Shown: positions 1 to 10,027, numbered from the stretch's first letter. The stretch is DNA of 64,000 nucleotides from an uncultured Pseudomonadales bacterium (GCA_964513845.1 CAZENT010000003.1:70809-134808); one strand, 5' to 3'. Numbers and translations are program-made. The notes: generated by a model not told the origin, from the sequence alone.

Positions 1-104
1 TTGGCTCGCCTGGGAATGAATTTGGCAGTATTGGGGTAATTTGCAGAAGATTTTGCGGAGATTGGCCTTAATGATGTTTTATGATGTGGTATGTTTCAGT
101 TGCT

Positions 105-152
105 TTACTAGGGGTAGTGTTACAAGATGATTACCGACACTAAATATTGTGT
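105..152 (+). promoter_or_regulatory. Tandem NrdR boxes
   Basis: ACACTAAATATTGTGT (137-152) matches the NrdR-box consensus acaCwAtATaTwGtgt. A degenerate copy TTACTAGGGGTAGTGT (105-120) lies 32 bp upstream, directly before nrdR-nrdJ. Confidence 0.75.
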
Positions 153-158
153 TTGTTT

Positions 159-623
159 ATGAATTGTCCATATTGCAACAACGAAGACACATCAGTGCTT
201 GAAAGCCGAGGGCTACCGAGTGAAACCGGTATTCGACGCAGACGAGAGTGTAAAAAATGTGGCAAAAGATTTACCACGCATGAACGAGTGGTTAATATTG
301 ATTTGAAAGTGATTAAGAAGAGCGGTCGGGTGGAGCAGTATGATAGAGAAAAATTATTAAAAGGAATAAAAAAAGCTTGTTATAAAAGGAAGGTCGAAGA
401 AGAAGATATGGAAAATCTGGTTGATGAGATCGAGACGAAGCTTTTGAATAGAAAAACGGTAGAAATAAAGTCCAGCGACATCGGAAAGATGGTGTTGTCG
501 CGTCTTCTGAAACTTGACGACTTGGCGTATATGAGATTTGCGAGCGTTTATATGGATTTTGTAGATGCCAAAGAGTTTCAAGAGTTCGTGGCAGGGTCAA
601 AAAGATTAGCAATTAGTAATTAA
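159..623 (+). CDS. nrdR: Transcriptional repressor NrdR
   Basis: CPYC...RRRECxxCGKRFTT zinc ribbon plus ATP-cone (VIKKSGRVEQYDREKL...AYMRFASVY). ATG at 159 preferred over TTG 147. Confidence 0.95.
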   Translation: MNCPYCNNEDTSVLESRGLPSETGIRRRRECKKCGKRFTTHERVVNIDLKVIKKSGRVEQYDREKLLKGIKKACYKRKVEEEDMENLVDEIETKLLNRKTVEIKSSDIGKMVLSRLLKLDDLAYMRFASVYMDFVDAKEFQEFVAGSKRLAISN

Positions 624-628
624 ATATT

Positions 629-3058
629 ATGTCCGTATCATCAACAATCTATCAAAACATGAACAAAAAAAACGAAAAAGTTATTTCCGAGACTTATGAA
701 GAGGTGATGGCTGAAGTAAATAAAAAGGTAGGCGAGAGACCTGAGAAGCCAGCCGATCTGGCTCCTGGTGAATGGTCTGAGCAAGCAATTAAGGTGTTGA
801 AGGAGCGATATTTAGATAAAAATTCAGAGGGTGAGACGATAGAAACCCCAGATGAGTTGATTTGGAGAGTGGCCTTTACCATTGCCAGCGCCGAGTCTCG
901 ATTTGACGCTTCAATAAAAGAAATTATCGAAACGGCAAAAAGCTTTTATAAATTGATGGGAAGTCGGAAGTTCTTACCAAACTCGCCAACATTAATGAAT
1001 GCCGGCAAAAATAATGGTTTGCAGTATTCCGGCTGTTTTGTTTTGCCAGTCCCGGATTCTTTAGAGGGAATTTTTGACGCAATTAAGTTTCAAGCAATAA
1101 TTCATCAATCTGGAGGCGGTACAGGCTTTTCTTTTAGCCGACTTCGTCAGAAAGGCGCGACGGTAAAAAGAAGCAGAGGAGTAGCGAGCGGACCGATTAG
1201 TTTCATGAAAGTATTTAATGAAGCAACCCAACAGATTAAACAAGGAGGGACGCGAAGGGGGGCGAATATGGGAATTTTACGCGTAGATCACCCGGATGTT
1301 CGTGATTTTATTACCTGCAAACTTGATGGAGGACTAACGAATTTCAATATTTCCATTGCGGCGACTGATAAATTTATGGAAGCTTTAGCTAAGGGGGAGA
1401 AGTACGATATAGTCGAACCACACACGGATAAAGTAATTAGACAAGAGGATGCTCGCGAGATATTTGATTTGATTTGCGATTGTGCTTGGAGATCAGGGGA
1501 TCCGGGAATGATATTTATTGACCGAGTGAATTCCAGCGCAGCAAATCCAGTACCGAGTTTGGGACCGGTGGAAAGCACAAATCCTTGTGGTGAACAGCCA
1601 CTGTATCCTTTTGACGCTTGTAACTTGGGAAGCATTTTTCTTAACTATTTTGTGAAAGAGACTGACGGAAAACAAGAGGTTGATTGGGAGGAGTTGAAGA
1701 AAACGGCCAAAGAGGCTGTGCGATTCCTGGATGATGTGATTGAAATTAATCCATATCCCCTTCAACAGGTATGGGAAACGGTGAGGTCGATCCGAAGAGT
1801 CGGATTGGGAATTGGTGGCTGGGCTGACATGCTTTACCTTTTAGGGGTACCCTACAACTCGGAAGAAGCTTTGAAACTGGCGGAAAAGATTATGAAGACA
1901 ATTAATGATGCAGCTCACGATGAAAGCAGAGAGCTGGCAAAAGTTCGAGGGGCATTTCCTTTGTTCAGTGAAAGTATTTTTAAAGATGGCGAGCCAATAA
2001 GAAATGCGGCCATTACAACGATCGCTCCCACCGGAACAATTGGAATAATTGCCGATACAAGTGGAGGGTGTGAGCCGGTGTTTGCCTTGGCTTACAAACA
2101 CATGGTCAAGGATGAGTCATTAAATAGAGAAATGTTTTTTTCTGATCCAGCTTTTGCTGAGGTAGCCAAGAGAGAGGGTTTTTGGAGTGAAAAATTAATG
2201 GCTAGAGTTGCTGAGACAGGAAGTGTGCATGGAATAGATGAAGTGCCGGAAAAATGGCAGAAAGTATTAGTGACGGCTCACGAAATATCTCCAGAGTGGC
2301 ATGTAAAGATGCAAGCCGCTTGGCAAAAGAATTTGGACAATGCCGTTAGCAAAACAATTAATCTTCCGCACGAAGCTTTGGTTGATGATGTGGCTAAAGC
2401 GTATTTATCTGCTTACGAGCTTGGTTGTATGGGGATTACTATATATAGAGACGGATGTAAAGAGTGGCAAGTGCTGAACGTGGGAACGAAAAAAGAGGAA
2501 ATTAAAGTAGAAGAAAAAGAAGTTATCGAGGCGGCTGATTTGAGAACAAGACCAAGTAAACTTCAGGGTAATACTTATAAAATAAAAACTCCTGTTGGAA
2601 CAGCTTTTGTAGTAATCAATGCTGACGAAATGGGAAATCCGTTTGAGGTGTTTATTAATGTGGGCAAGGCGGGTTCTCATGTTATGGCCGACGCAGAAGC
2701 GATAGGAAGATTGATATCATTATCTCTTCGTGTGCCATCGGAGTATCCCGCTAAGGCGGTGGCAGAAGCTGTGATTGATCAACTGTCTGGAATTGGTGGC
2801 GCGGACAGCGTGGGATTCGGCAATAACAGAATCAGAAGTCTGGCTGACGGTGTGGCAAAGGTAATGAGGGAGTATTTGAGAGCTGATGAAAATAATGCTG
2901 AAAGTGGCGAAGAAATTAAGTTGGATTTTTCGGCGACACAGCAAGAACTACCTCTTCAATTGAAGAAAGGGGACCTCTGTCCTGATTGTGGACAAGCCAG
3001 TTTGGTTTTAGAAGAGGGGTGTCAAAAATGTTATTCTTGCGGTGCCAGCAAATGCTGA
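629..3058 (+). CDS. nrdJ: Adenosylcobalamin-dependent (class II) ribonucleotide reductase
   Basis: FLPNSPTLMNAG, GGGTGFSFS, TNPCGEQPL active site, TIAPTGT, C-terminal TSCPD-like domain and CPDC...CYSCG zinc ribbon; no small subunit adjacent. Confidence 0.93.
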   Translation: MSVSSTIYQNMNKKNEKVISETYEEVMAEVNKKVGERPEKPADLAPGEWSEQAIKVLKERYLDKNSEGETIETPDELIWRVAFTIASAESRFDASIKEIIETAKSFYKLMGSRKFLPNSPTLMNAGKNNGLQYSGCFVLPVPDSLEGIFDAIKFQAIIHQSGGGTGFSFSRLRQKGATVKRSRGVASGPISFMKVFNEATQQIKQGGTRRGANMGILRVDHPDVRDFITCKLDGGLTNFNISIAATDKFMEALAKGEKYDIVEPHTDKVIRQEDAREIFDLICDCAWRSGDPGMIFIDRVNSSAANPVPSLGPVESTNPCGEQPLYPFDACNLGSIFLNYFVKETDGKQEVDWEELKKTAKEAVRFLDDVIEINPYPLQQVWETVRSIRRVGLGIGGWADMLYLLGVPYNSEEALKLAEKIMKTINDAAHDESRELAKVRGAFPLFSESIFKDGEPIRNAAITTIAPTGTIGIIADTSGGCEPVFALAYKHMVKDESLNREMFFSDPAFAEVAKREGFWSEKLMARVAETGSVHGIDEVPEKWQKVLVTAHEISPEWHVKMQAAWQKNLDNAVSKTINLPHEALVDDVAKAYLSAYELGCMGITIYRDGCKEWQVLNVGTKKEEIKVEEKEVIEAADLRTRPSKLQGNTYKIKTPVGTAFVVINADEMGNPFEVFINVGKAGSHVMADAEAIGRLISLSLRVPSEYPAKAVAEAVIDQLSGIGGADSVGFGNNRIRSLADGVAKVMREYLRADENNAESGEEIKLDFSATQQELPLQLKKGDLCPDCGQASLVLEEGCQKCYSCGASKC

Positions 3059-3364
3059 TATGATTAGTGTTGTTGTGATACTGTTTGATTAGTTTGCAAC
3101 GATATTTGACAAGACTGCAAATATAGTATTTAATGATATTAGGTAATTGTGATTACTATCAGTCTTTTGTTGACATTGCTAATACGTTCTTTTGTGGTTA
3201 TTTTCGCTTAGTATCAATCTTTTCTTGTCTATCAGGTGGTCTGTTGTTCGTATCGTTGATGTTTTGAAGGTGGACAGTGCCTTGACAGTATAGTTTTATT
3301 TATATTCCTCACCTTTTTCACAATCCTATCTATATTTTTGACGAAAGAGATATATTAATTATGG

Positions 3365-3913
3365 ATGAAGAAAAAAGATGGAATGATTTACGTATTTGAA
3401 GGTTATGGAAAGGGAAAGACCAGCGCGGCATTGGGAGTAGCTGTTCGGATGTTGTTACTTAAGAAAAATGTAGTATGGATATCTTGGTTTAAAGAGAGAC
3501 GATGGAAAATTACCGAGATGCGTTTGGCAAGGAAATTTAAAGATAATTTAAAAATGCACTGGATGGGAAGAGGTTTTTATGGAGGTCCAGATGATCACGA
3601 CACCCCAGATAGACATATAAATGCAGCTGAGGAAGCACTTTCTTTGGCAAGAGATGTTTTAGCCACAAAAGAAGGAAAGAGGAGCGTGGATTTATTGGTT
3701 TTGGATGAAGTAATTAGAGCAGTTAATGACAGAGTATTAAAGATTGATGATTTGCTGGAAGTTATCAATAACAGGGGTGCGACACATCTAGTACTGACAG
3801 GACATGATTGCCCTGTGAAGTTAAGAGAGGTGGCTGATCTAGTGACAGAAATGAAGAAAATAAAACATCCCTTTGATAAGGATGTTTTGGCAGTTCGAGG
3901 ACTGGATTTTTAA
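3365..3913 (+). CDS. btuR: Cob(I)alamin adenosyltransferase (BtuR/CobO type)
   Basis: GYGKGKTSAALG P-loop, LLVLDE, VLTGH, ADLVTEMKKIKHPF...GLDF terminus. Confidence 0.88.
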   Translation: MKKKDGMIYVFEGYGKGKTSAALGVAVRMLLLKKNVVWISWFKERRWKITEMRLARKFKDNLKMHWMGRGFYGGPDDHDTPDRHINAAEEALSLARDVLATKEGKRSVDLLVLDEVIRAVNDRVLKIDDLLEVINNRGATHLVLTGHDCPVKLREVADLVTEMKKIKHPFDKDVLAVRGLDF

Positions 3914-3927
3914 GGTATAGTTAAAGT

Positions 3928-4290
3928 ATGCCTGCCGTAGGTAAGGAAATAGAACGTCCAGTTATACCCAGCGATACAACTCAACCTGTTGAGCAGGCGA
4001 GTTATGTGGAGAGAGTGGAAAGGCAAGTTGAAACCCAACAACCGGCTAGTATACAAAAGCCACAACCGCAGACCGAGGATAGTAATAAGGGGGATATGGG
4101 AAAGATTGTGTCGGCTCAGTTTGCTGTTCAAACAAAACCAAACATCACCTTGCCAATGGATGAAGAAGAGGTGATTGAGGGATTGCACCACAAGGTTTGG
4201 GAGGGAGTAAGATGGGCTTCAGAATGGTGTGTAATGATGATTAAAAAATATCCAGGAAGAGTATTTTATCTTCCACCTGAAACAAAATGA
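3928..4290 (+). CDS. Hypothetical protein
   Basis: 120 aa ORF, TATAGT 6 nt upstream, ATGA overlap with next gene. Confidence 0.7.
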   Translation: MPAVGKEIERPVIPSDTTQPVEQASYVERVERQVETQQPASIQKPQPQTEDSNKGDMGKIVSAQFAVQTKPNITLPMDEEEVIEGLHHKVWEGVRWASEWCVMMIKKYPGRVFYLPPETK

Positions 4291-6617
4291 TAAACAACAA
4301 TAATTACAACTACTGGATTCAGTATGGTGTGGTTGTTTTGTTGGGTATGGTGGTAATTATTGGAGTAATGATAGTCTGCTGGATGTTGTTTGTTGTGTGG
4401 CTAAGGAATAAAAATAGAGAAGAGGTGAGTTTGAAGTTTGTGTTGTTGGAGATTGCCGTACCCAAGGATAATGAGGTAAAAATAGACGCGGTTGAGCAGA
4501 TGTTCTCTTCTCTTTTTTCCATAAAAAGAGGAGGTTTTTGGCAAAAATATAAATCCCAACAACATTTGTCACTAGAAATCGTGGGAAAAAAAGAAGATAT
4601 CCATTTTTATGTATCGTGCCACAAGGACAACATGGAGTTGGTGGAAAAAACGATTGCCGGAACATATTCCGGAGTTCAGGTAAAACAAGTTGATGAATAC
4701 AACATCTTTTATAAAGATGCGGCGGTTGCTTTTACGGAGCTGGCGCTCAAAGGACCAAGTTTTAAACCGATAAAAACATACAAAGATTTACCGGTTGATC
4801 CCCTTGCTGCAATTACAGCTTCGATGGCAAAGTTCGGAGATAATGAGGCCGCAGCCATTCAGATAATTGTGTCTCCGGCTGAGTCAAGCTGGAGTAAATC
4901 CGGTGAGGGATACGTAGCCAAACTAAAAAAGGATGAGGCAAATCCAGAGAAAGCTAAGTTTAAGATGAACCCGCAAGATATGGAAGCAATCACAAGTAAA
5001 TGTAGTAAGGTGGGATTTTTGACGAGTGTGAGAATGATCAGTATAGCCCCAAATGAGGGTATAGCCAAAGCAAATTTGTCAAACTTAAAAAGTACCTTTT
5101 CACAGTTTGCCGGAAGCCAAAATGGATTTTCAGGACGAAATATTCGTTTGAAACAAATGTTTATGACCGATTTTCTTTATCGGTACCAAAATATGTGGGG
5201 TAACAACTCGGTGTTGTCGGCTGATGAGGTAGCCACAATTTGGCATTTACCAAATAAAACAATTGATACACCACACATCTTTTGGTTGACGGCAAAAAGT
5301 GCTCCGGCAACAGGAGGGTTTCCAGACAATGGATTGTGGCTTGGAAGATCAATATACCGTGGACAAGAGAGAAATATCTATATGGGTGAGCGCGACAGAA
5401 TGCGCCATATGTATATCATCGGACGTACCGGTACTGGAAAGACGGAATTGTTAAAATCGATGATTATTCAAGACATGAGAGCCGGTAAGGGACTATGCTT
5501 TTTGGAACCACACGGCGAAGGTATTGAGGAACTGATGGAGTTGGTACCACCAGAGAGAGCAGAAGATGTTATTTTCTTTGATCCGACAGATGATGAGAGA
5601 CCAATAGGCTTTAATTTGTTGGAAGTTAACAATTATGACGAGATGTACCAAGTAGCTTCTTCAATTATCAACCTGATGTACAAACTGTTTGATCCGCATC
5701 GAACTGGTATGGTGGGTGCTAGATTTGAACATGCTGTCCGAAACGCCATGCTCACTGTTGCGATGGTTCCGGGAGCAACCTTTATCGAAGTTAACCGTGC
5801 ATTAACCGATCAAAAATATGTTCAAGAAATTCTTCCATTGGTCAAAGATCCTATTGTAAGACGTTACTGGACTGATCAGATTGCGCAGACTTCTGACTTT
5901 CACAAAAGTGAAACACTTGACTATATCTCTTCCAAGTTTGGCCGCTTTGTGACAAACAAAAGGATTCGCAACATCATTGGTCAATCAAAAAGCACTTTGA
6001 ATTTCCGTGAAGCGATGGATAACAATAAGATTGTTTTCTTGAAACTGGCTAAAGGACTTTTAGGAGAAGAGGATGCAAGTTTCTTGGGGCTTGTTTTGAT
6101 TCCGAAGATTTTGGCTGCAGCATTATCAAGACAAGATATGCCGAAAGAAAAGAGAACGCCGTTTAACCTGTATGTTGATGAGTTCCAAAACTTTGCAACA
6201 CCAGATTTTGCCCAGATGTTATCTGAGGTGCGTAAATACAACATGTCTTTGACTTTGGCAAACCAGTTTGTAAGTCAGCTAGATGAACAAGTAAGAGATG
6301 CAATTTTTGGAAATACGGGCACGCTAATGACGTATCGTGTGGGCATGCAGGATGCTCAGATTCTCTCAAAAGAGTTTGAACCAGTGTTTAACGAAACAGA
6401 TTTAACCAATGTGCCTGCAAGAACAATTTACATTAAAACAATTGTTAACGAGTCACCGGTACCGCCATTTTCAATGAATGTAGAACGAGATTTGAAGGCT
6501 GAAAGGGCGCAAGGAAGTCCGGAAATATCCAGAATGATTAAAGAACTGTCTAGATTAAAGTATGGAAGGGATGAAGCTGAGGTGGAGGAGGAAATTCAAA
6601 AGAGAAGTAATCTTTAA
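4287..6617 (+). CDS. VirD4/TraG/HerA-like P-loop ATPase with N-terminal TM anchor
   Basis: RHMYIIGRTGTGKT Walker A, LYVDEFQNF Walker B, LANQFVSQL, AIFGNTGT. Confidence 0.85.
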   Translation: MINNNNYNYWIQYGVVVLLGMVVIIGVMIVCWMLFVVWLRNKNREEVSLKFVLLEIAVPKDNEVKIDAVEQMFSSLFSIKRGGFWQKYKSQQHLSLEIVGKKEDIHFYVSCHKDNMELVEKTIAGTYSGVQVKQVDEYNIFYKDAAVAFTELALKGPSFKPIKTYKDLPVDPLAAITASMAKFGDNEAAAIQIIVSPAESSWSKSGEGYVAKLKKDEANPEKAKFKMNPQDMEAITSKCSKVGFLTSVRMISIAPNEGIAKANLSNLKSTFSQFAGSQNGFSGRNIRLKQMFMTDFLYRYQNMWGNNSVLSADEVATIWHLPNKTIDTPHIFWLTAKSAPATGGFPDNGLWLGRSIYRGQERNIYMGERDRMRHMYIIGRTGTGKTELLKSMIIQDMRAGKGLCFLEPHGEGIEELMELVPPERAEDVIFFDPTDDERPIGFNLLEVNNYDEMYQVASSIINLMYKLFDPHRTGMVGARFEHAVRNAMLTVAMVPGATFIEVNRALTDQKYVQEILPLVKDPIVRRYWTDQIAQTSDFHKSETLDYISSKFGRFVTNKRIRNIIGQSKSTLNFREAMDNNKIVFLKLAKGLLGEEDASFLGLVLIPKILAAALSRQDMPKEKRTPFNLYVDEFQNFATPDFAQMLSEVRKYNMSLTLANQFVSQLDEQVRDAIFGNTGTLMTYRVGMQDAQILSKEFEPVFNETDLTNVPARTIYIKTIVNESPVPPFSMNVERDLKAERAQGSPEISRMIKELSRLKYGRDEAEVEEEIQKRSNL

Positions 6618-6642
6618 CCTTAGTGGTAAAATATTGCAGATT

Positions 6643-6716
6643 GGGCCGATAGCTCAGCTGGTTAGAGCGTCGAGCTTATACCTCGAATGTCCCAGGTCCG
6701 AATCCTGGTCGGCCCA
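6643..6716 (+). tRNA. tRNA-Ile(UAU)
   Basis: Acceptor GGGCCGA/TCGGCCC+A, D-arm AGCTCAGCTGGTTAGAGC, anticodon arm TCGAG-CTTATAC-CTCGA (TAT at 6677-6679), T-arm CCAGG-TCCGAAT-CCTGG; no encoded CCA. Confidence 0.9.
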
Positions 6717-6719
6717 CAA

Positions 6720-7085
6720 ATGAAAGTAAAATCAAAAAAGATAAAAGTTAAAAACGATAAGATTCTTCGATTGGCACACTCTGACGAAGAGTTGAACGAT
6801 ACTGCTTCGAACCTACCCTGGTCACAAGAAATGGTAATTACCGGCAATATGAATTTGGGGAAGAGTGGAAACCCAGTGACAATATTTGTGGAAGACGAAG
6901 TGACGGGAGAACAGCTTGAAGTTTCTGGTGTGAGAAACGCATTTTTAATTGTTGAGGATACCAGAAAATCTACTTCCGGTTGGTTAGCCTTGGCTGTAGG
7001 ATCAATGGAAAAGATGTCAGAAGTGTTGGGATTTCTTTCTCAGACAACGATGGAAGCATTAAAAAAGCTAGTCAATAAAGACTAG
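6720..7085 (+). CDS. Hypothetical protein
   Basis: ORF track start 6687 lies inside the tRNA; in-frame ATG at 6720 is the plausible start. Confidence 0.65.
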   Translation: MKVKSKKIKVKNDKILRLAHSDEELNDTASNLPWSQEMVITGNMNLGKSGNPVTIFVEDEVTGEQLEVSGVRNAFLIVEDTRKSTSGWLALAVGSMEKMSEVLGFLSQTTMEALKKLVNKD

Positions 7086-7111
7086 CTTCTTTAATTAACT
7101 AAAGAGACTTT

Positions 7112-7987
7112 TTAAAGGTCTATTAGTTTTGGTTTATCCTTAGCAGGCTTTTCGGAAATAAATTCAAGATACTTTTCGGTGGTGGACAATCTTTTGTGTC
7201 CAACTAATTTACTAATGTAGACCAAAGGACTACCTGAGGTAAGTTGCTGAGCGATAAAAGTATGTCTTAAGTCGTTGACTTTGGCGTTTTCAATTCCAGC
7301 AATGTGAAAGTAACGGTCAAGATTGGAGCGAATGTTTCTGATTAAGAAAGCGTTTCCAGTCTTGGTGATGAAAACGTAGGTGTTGCCACTTTTTGGGCGA
7401 GTTTCCATGTAACGAGCGAGAGACTCTTTAACTGGTTGGTTTAAAGGAATCACACGTTCTGGGTGAGATTCGTAAGCACGAATGGTAATTTGGTTACTGG
7501 CTAAGTCGATGTCGGCGATTTTGAGGTTGGCCAACTCAGAAATACGCATACCTGTTTGAAGTAAAAGCTCAACAATAGCCGCCATTCTTAAATCTTCACG
7601 GCAAGCGTCACGAAGAGCACGATACTCAATCTTGTTTAAGATACGAGGTGGTTTGATGTCATATTTAGGGTGAGTGACGTTGGTGGCTGGATTTTCGGAG
7701 ATAGCACCGTTGGCAATCACGTAGGTGAAAAATGACTTAATGGAGTTGATCTTGCGAGAGATGGATTTGGTGGTGTAGTTTTGTTCGGAAAGACTCTCTT
7801 TGAAAGCATCAATATCTTCCTTGGTAACTTCTGAAAGATTACTCTTGTTTGATTTGGCCACAAAATTAGCCAACTGCTCAATGTCCTTAGAGTAGGCTAA
7901 AATAGTAGCAGAAGCTCTGCCTTGAGAGGCCAAGTGGCTCTTGAAAGCAGTAACTGCTTGTTTGATGTTTTGATCAATTTGTTCCAT
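7112..7987 (-). CDS. Tyrosine recombinase, XerC/XerD family
   Basis: SAM-like N-terminus, TGMRISEL, NDLRHTF (HxxR His replaced by Asn), VGHKRLSTTEKY. Confidence 0.88.
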   Translation of the reverse strand: MEQIDQNIKQAVTAFKSHLASQGRASATILAYSKDIEQLANFVAKSNKSNLSEVTKEDIDAFKESLSEQNYTTKSISRKINSIKSFFTYVIANGAISENPATNVTHPKYDIKPPRILNKIEYRALRDACREDLRMAAIVELLLQTGMRISELANLKIADIDLASNQITIRAYESHPERVIPLNQPVKESLARYMETRPKSGNTYVFITKTGNAFLIRNIRSNLDRYFHIAGIENAKVNDLRHTFIAQQLTSGSPLVYISKLVGHKRLSTTEKYLEFISEKPAKDKPKLIDL

Positions 7988-8039
7988 ATTTGTTACAAAA
8001 TTATTTATGGCACTTATTATAACACTCTAGGTTCTTAAA

Positions 8040-8417
8040 ATGCAAGCTCAAAATAGAGGCAACGCCAATAACGATAAAAAGGGTTGGATCAAGGGGATAA
8101 TTTTAATTATCGCCTGGGTGCTCATTTTTTCTCTGGCAAAAGATCTTTGGCAGCTGAAAAAGGGATATGTTCGAATCGACGAAGTAAAGAAACGGTTGGT
8201 GGAAGAGGAGAATATAAATAAAATGCTAAAGGATAAGCTTGAAATGGTGATGACTGACGAGTACAAAGAGAGGATAATTCGTGAACAGCTGAATATGCAG
8301 AAAGTGGGGGAGGTGGTGGCTGTGTTACCAAAAGACAGCTCGCTAAAAAATGAAATTACCCATGATGAAGAAAGCACCATGGAGAACTGGGAAAAATGGT
8401 GGATACTACTCAAATAG
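8040..8417 (+). CDS. Septum formation initiator, FtsB/DivIC-like
   Basis: Single TM, coiled coil, EYKERIIREQLNMQKVGE motif. Confidence 0.75.
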   Translation: MQAQNRGNANNDKKGWIKGIILIIAWVLIFSLAKDLWQLKKGYVRIDEVKKRLVEEENINKMLKDKLEMVMTDEYKERIIREQLNMQKVGEVVAVLPKDSSLKNEITHDEESTMENWEKWWILLK

Positions 8418-8432
8418 CCTCAATGGACCATA

Positions 8433-8508
8433 TGGTTGCGGGTCTAGGGTTCCGCCCCCTAGTTAAGCAGGATTATGAGCCCTGCAAGATACTTACCTTC
8501 CACCCGCA
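8433..8508 (-). tRNA. Atypical tRNA(CAU), initiator (fMet)-like
   Basis: Reverse strand TGCGGGT...ACCCGCA-A-CCA acceptor, anticodon arm CAGGG-CTCATAA-TCCTG, D-arm AAGGT-AAGT-ATCTT, non-canonical T-arm CTAGGG-GGCGGAA-CCCTAG; 76 nt with encoded CCA. Confidence 0.75.
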
Positions 8509-8579
8509 AATTAACGAACAAGGGTATTCTAGCACGAACGAGCCTGGAGAGCAACTTTTACGGTATAATAACGGTGTTT

Positions 8580-8655
8580 GGCGGGGTAGCTCAGCTGGTT
8601 AGAGCGCCGGATTCATAAACCGGAGGTTTCGCGGGTTCGACTCCCGCCCCCGCTA
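8580..8655 (+). tRNA. tRNA-Met(CAU), elongator type
   Basis: GGCGGGG/CCCCGCT+A acceptor, canonical D-arm, loop TTCATAA, GGTTCGACTCC T-arm; TATAAT promoter just upstream. Confidence 0.9.
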
Positions 8656-8678
8656 CTTTAGAAGTAAGAAGTTTAAAA

Positions 8679-9677
8679 ATGAAAAAAAGAATACTGACAG
8701 GGGATAGACCAAGCGGGAGATTACACCTAGGGCATTTTGTGGGTTCGTTGGCTAACAGGGTTAAGCTTCAGGATGAGTATGATCAGTATGTCTTAATTGC
8801 CGATGTTCAGGCATTAACCGATAACTTTGCCAATCCTCAGCTGGTGGCTGATTCCGTTAAAGAGCTGGTTTTGGATTATGTGGCAGCCGGAATAGATCCG
8901 AGTAAAAGTACAATCGTGGTTCAGTCGAAAATTCCGGCAATTGCAGAGTTGACCATTTTTTATATGAATTTGGTGAGTTTGAATCGTGTGCTTAGAAATC
9001 CTACAGTAAAAACCGAGATTGAACAAAAGGGATTTGGAGAGTCTGTTCCTGCCGGATTTGCGATGTATCCAGTATCCCAAGCCGCCGATATTACAGCATT
9101 TAACGCTGATTTGGTGCCCGTAGGAGAAGACCAGCTGCCAATGATCGAACAAACCAGAGAAATTGTCAGAAAGTTTAATTCTTTGTATGGTGAGATCTTG
9201 AAAGAACCAGAAGCTTTACTGGGTGATTTTCCTCGTTTGATAGGCTTGGATGGAAAATCAAAGATGAGTAAAAGTACCGGCAACTGTATTTTCTTAGCCG
9301 ATTCAGCTGAGGAAGTGCAGAAAAAGGTGATGAGTATGTATACCGATCCGACCAGGTTGAAACCAACCGACCCCGGAACTGTCGAAGGAAATCCCGTTTT
9401 TACGTATCACGAAGCATTTAATCCCAACAAAGAAGAGGTTGAAGATTTGAAAGCTCGATATCGTGCCGGAACTGTAGGAGATGTAGAAGTAAAACAAAAA
9501 CTTATCGTGGCGATAAATAATTTATTAGAGCCGATGAGAGTCAGAAGAGCCGAGCTTGAGAGTAATCCAGAAAAATTAGAGGCTATTTTGAGAGAAGGGG
9601 TGGAAAAAGGAAGAGTGATCACCGAAGAGGTTCTGAAGAAAGTAAAAGAAGCTATGAAAATTAATTATAATTTTTAA
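8679..9677 (+). CDS. trpS: Tryptophan--tRNA ligase
   Basis: [34 protein letters not shown]. Confidence 0.96.
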   Translation: MKKRILTGDRPSGRLHLGHFVGSLANRVKLQDEYDQYVLIADVQALTDNFANPQLVADSVKELVLDYVAAGIDPSKSTIVVQSKIPAIAELTIFYMNLVSLNRVLRNPTVKTEIEQKGFGESVPAGFAMYPVSQAADITAFNADLVPVGEDQLPMIEQTREIVRKFNSLYGEILKEPEALLGDFPRLIGLDGKSKMSKSTGNCIFLADSAEEVQKKVMSMYTDPTRLKPTDPGTVEGNPVFTYHEAFNPNKEEVEDLKARYRAGTVGDVEVKQKLIVAINNLLEPMRVRRAELESNPEKLEAILREGVEKGRVITEEVLKKVKEAMKINYNF

Positions 9678-9678
9678 G

Positions 9679-10014
9679 ATGAAAGACTTAATTAATTACA
9701 CTGATTTTGAAAAATTAGACATAAGAGCAGGAAAGATCGTGGCGGCTTCAGCACCAGAGTGGAGTGAAAAACTAATCAGATACGAGATAGATTTTGGTGA
9801 AGAGATTGGCAAAAAAGTGCTTTTTAGTGGAATCAGAAAATGGTACACACCAGAGGAGTTGGTGGGAAAAACAATTCCAGTAATCGTCAATATGGAACCA
9901 AAAAAAATGGGAGAAGAGGAAAGTCAGGGAATGGTGATAATGGCAGACGGAGAAGAAGGGGCAAAATTATTATTTTTAGATGAGAGTATTGTTCCTGGCA
10001 CGGTGATAAGATAG
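9679..10014 (+). CDS. tRNA-binding OB-fold protein (Trbp111/CsaA/MetRS C-terminal like)
   Basis: DFEKLDIRAGKI...SGIRKWY...NMEPKKMG.ESQGM...PGT. Confidence 0.85.
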   Translation: MKDLINYTDFEKLDIRAGKIVAASAPEWSEKLIRYEIDFGEEIGKKVLFSGIRKWYTPEELVGKTIPVIVNMEPKKMGEEESQGMVIMADGEEGAKLLFLDESIVPGTVIR

Positions 10015-10027
10015 GAAGACAAAAAAT

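Noticed and set aside
3059-3364. Long intergenic gap before btuR as a cobalamin riboswitch or oriC
   Set aside because: No B12-box (GGGAA...GCCACTG) seen; only weak DnaA-box-like words and no change in strand skew.
4287-6617. Conjugative type IV secretion system
   Set aside because: Lone ATPase; no relaxase or other VirB genes in the window.
8396-8602. 68 aa ORF
   Set aside because: Overlaps two tRNA genes.
6643-8655. Integrative element (tyrosine recombinase between tRNA genes)
   Set aside because: No duplicated tRNA 3' end found, and flanking genes are housekeeping; more likely a chromosomal Xer.
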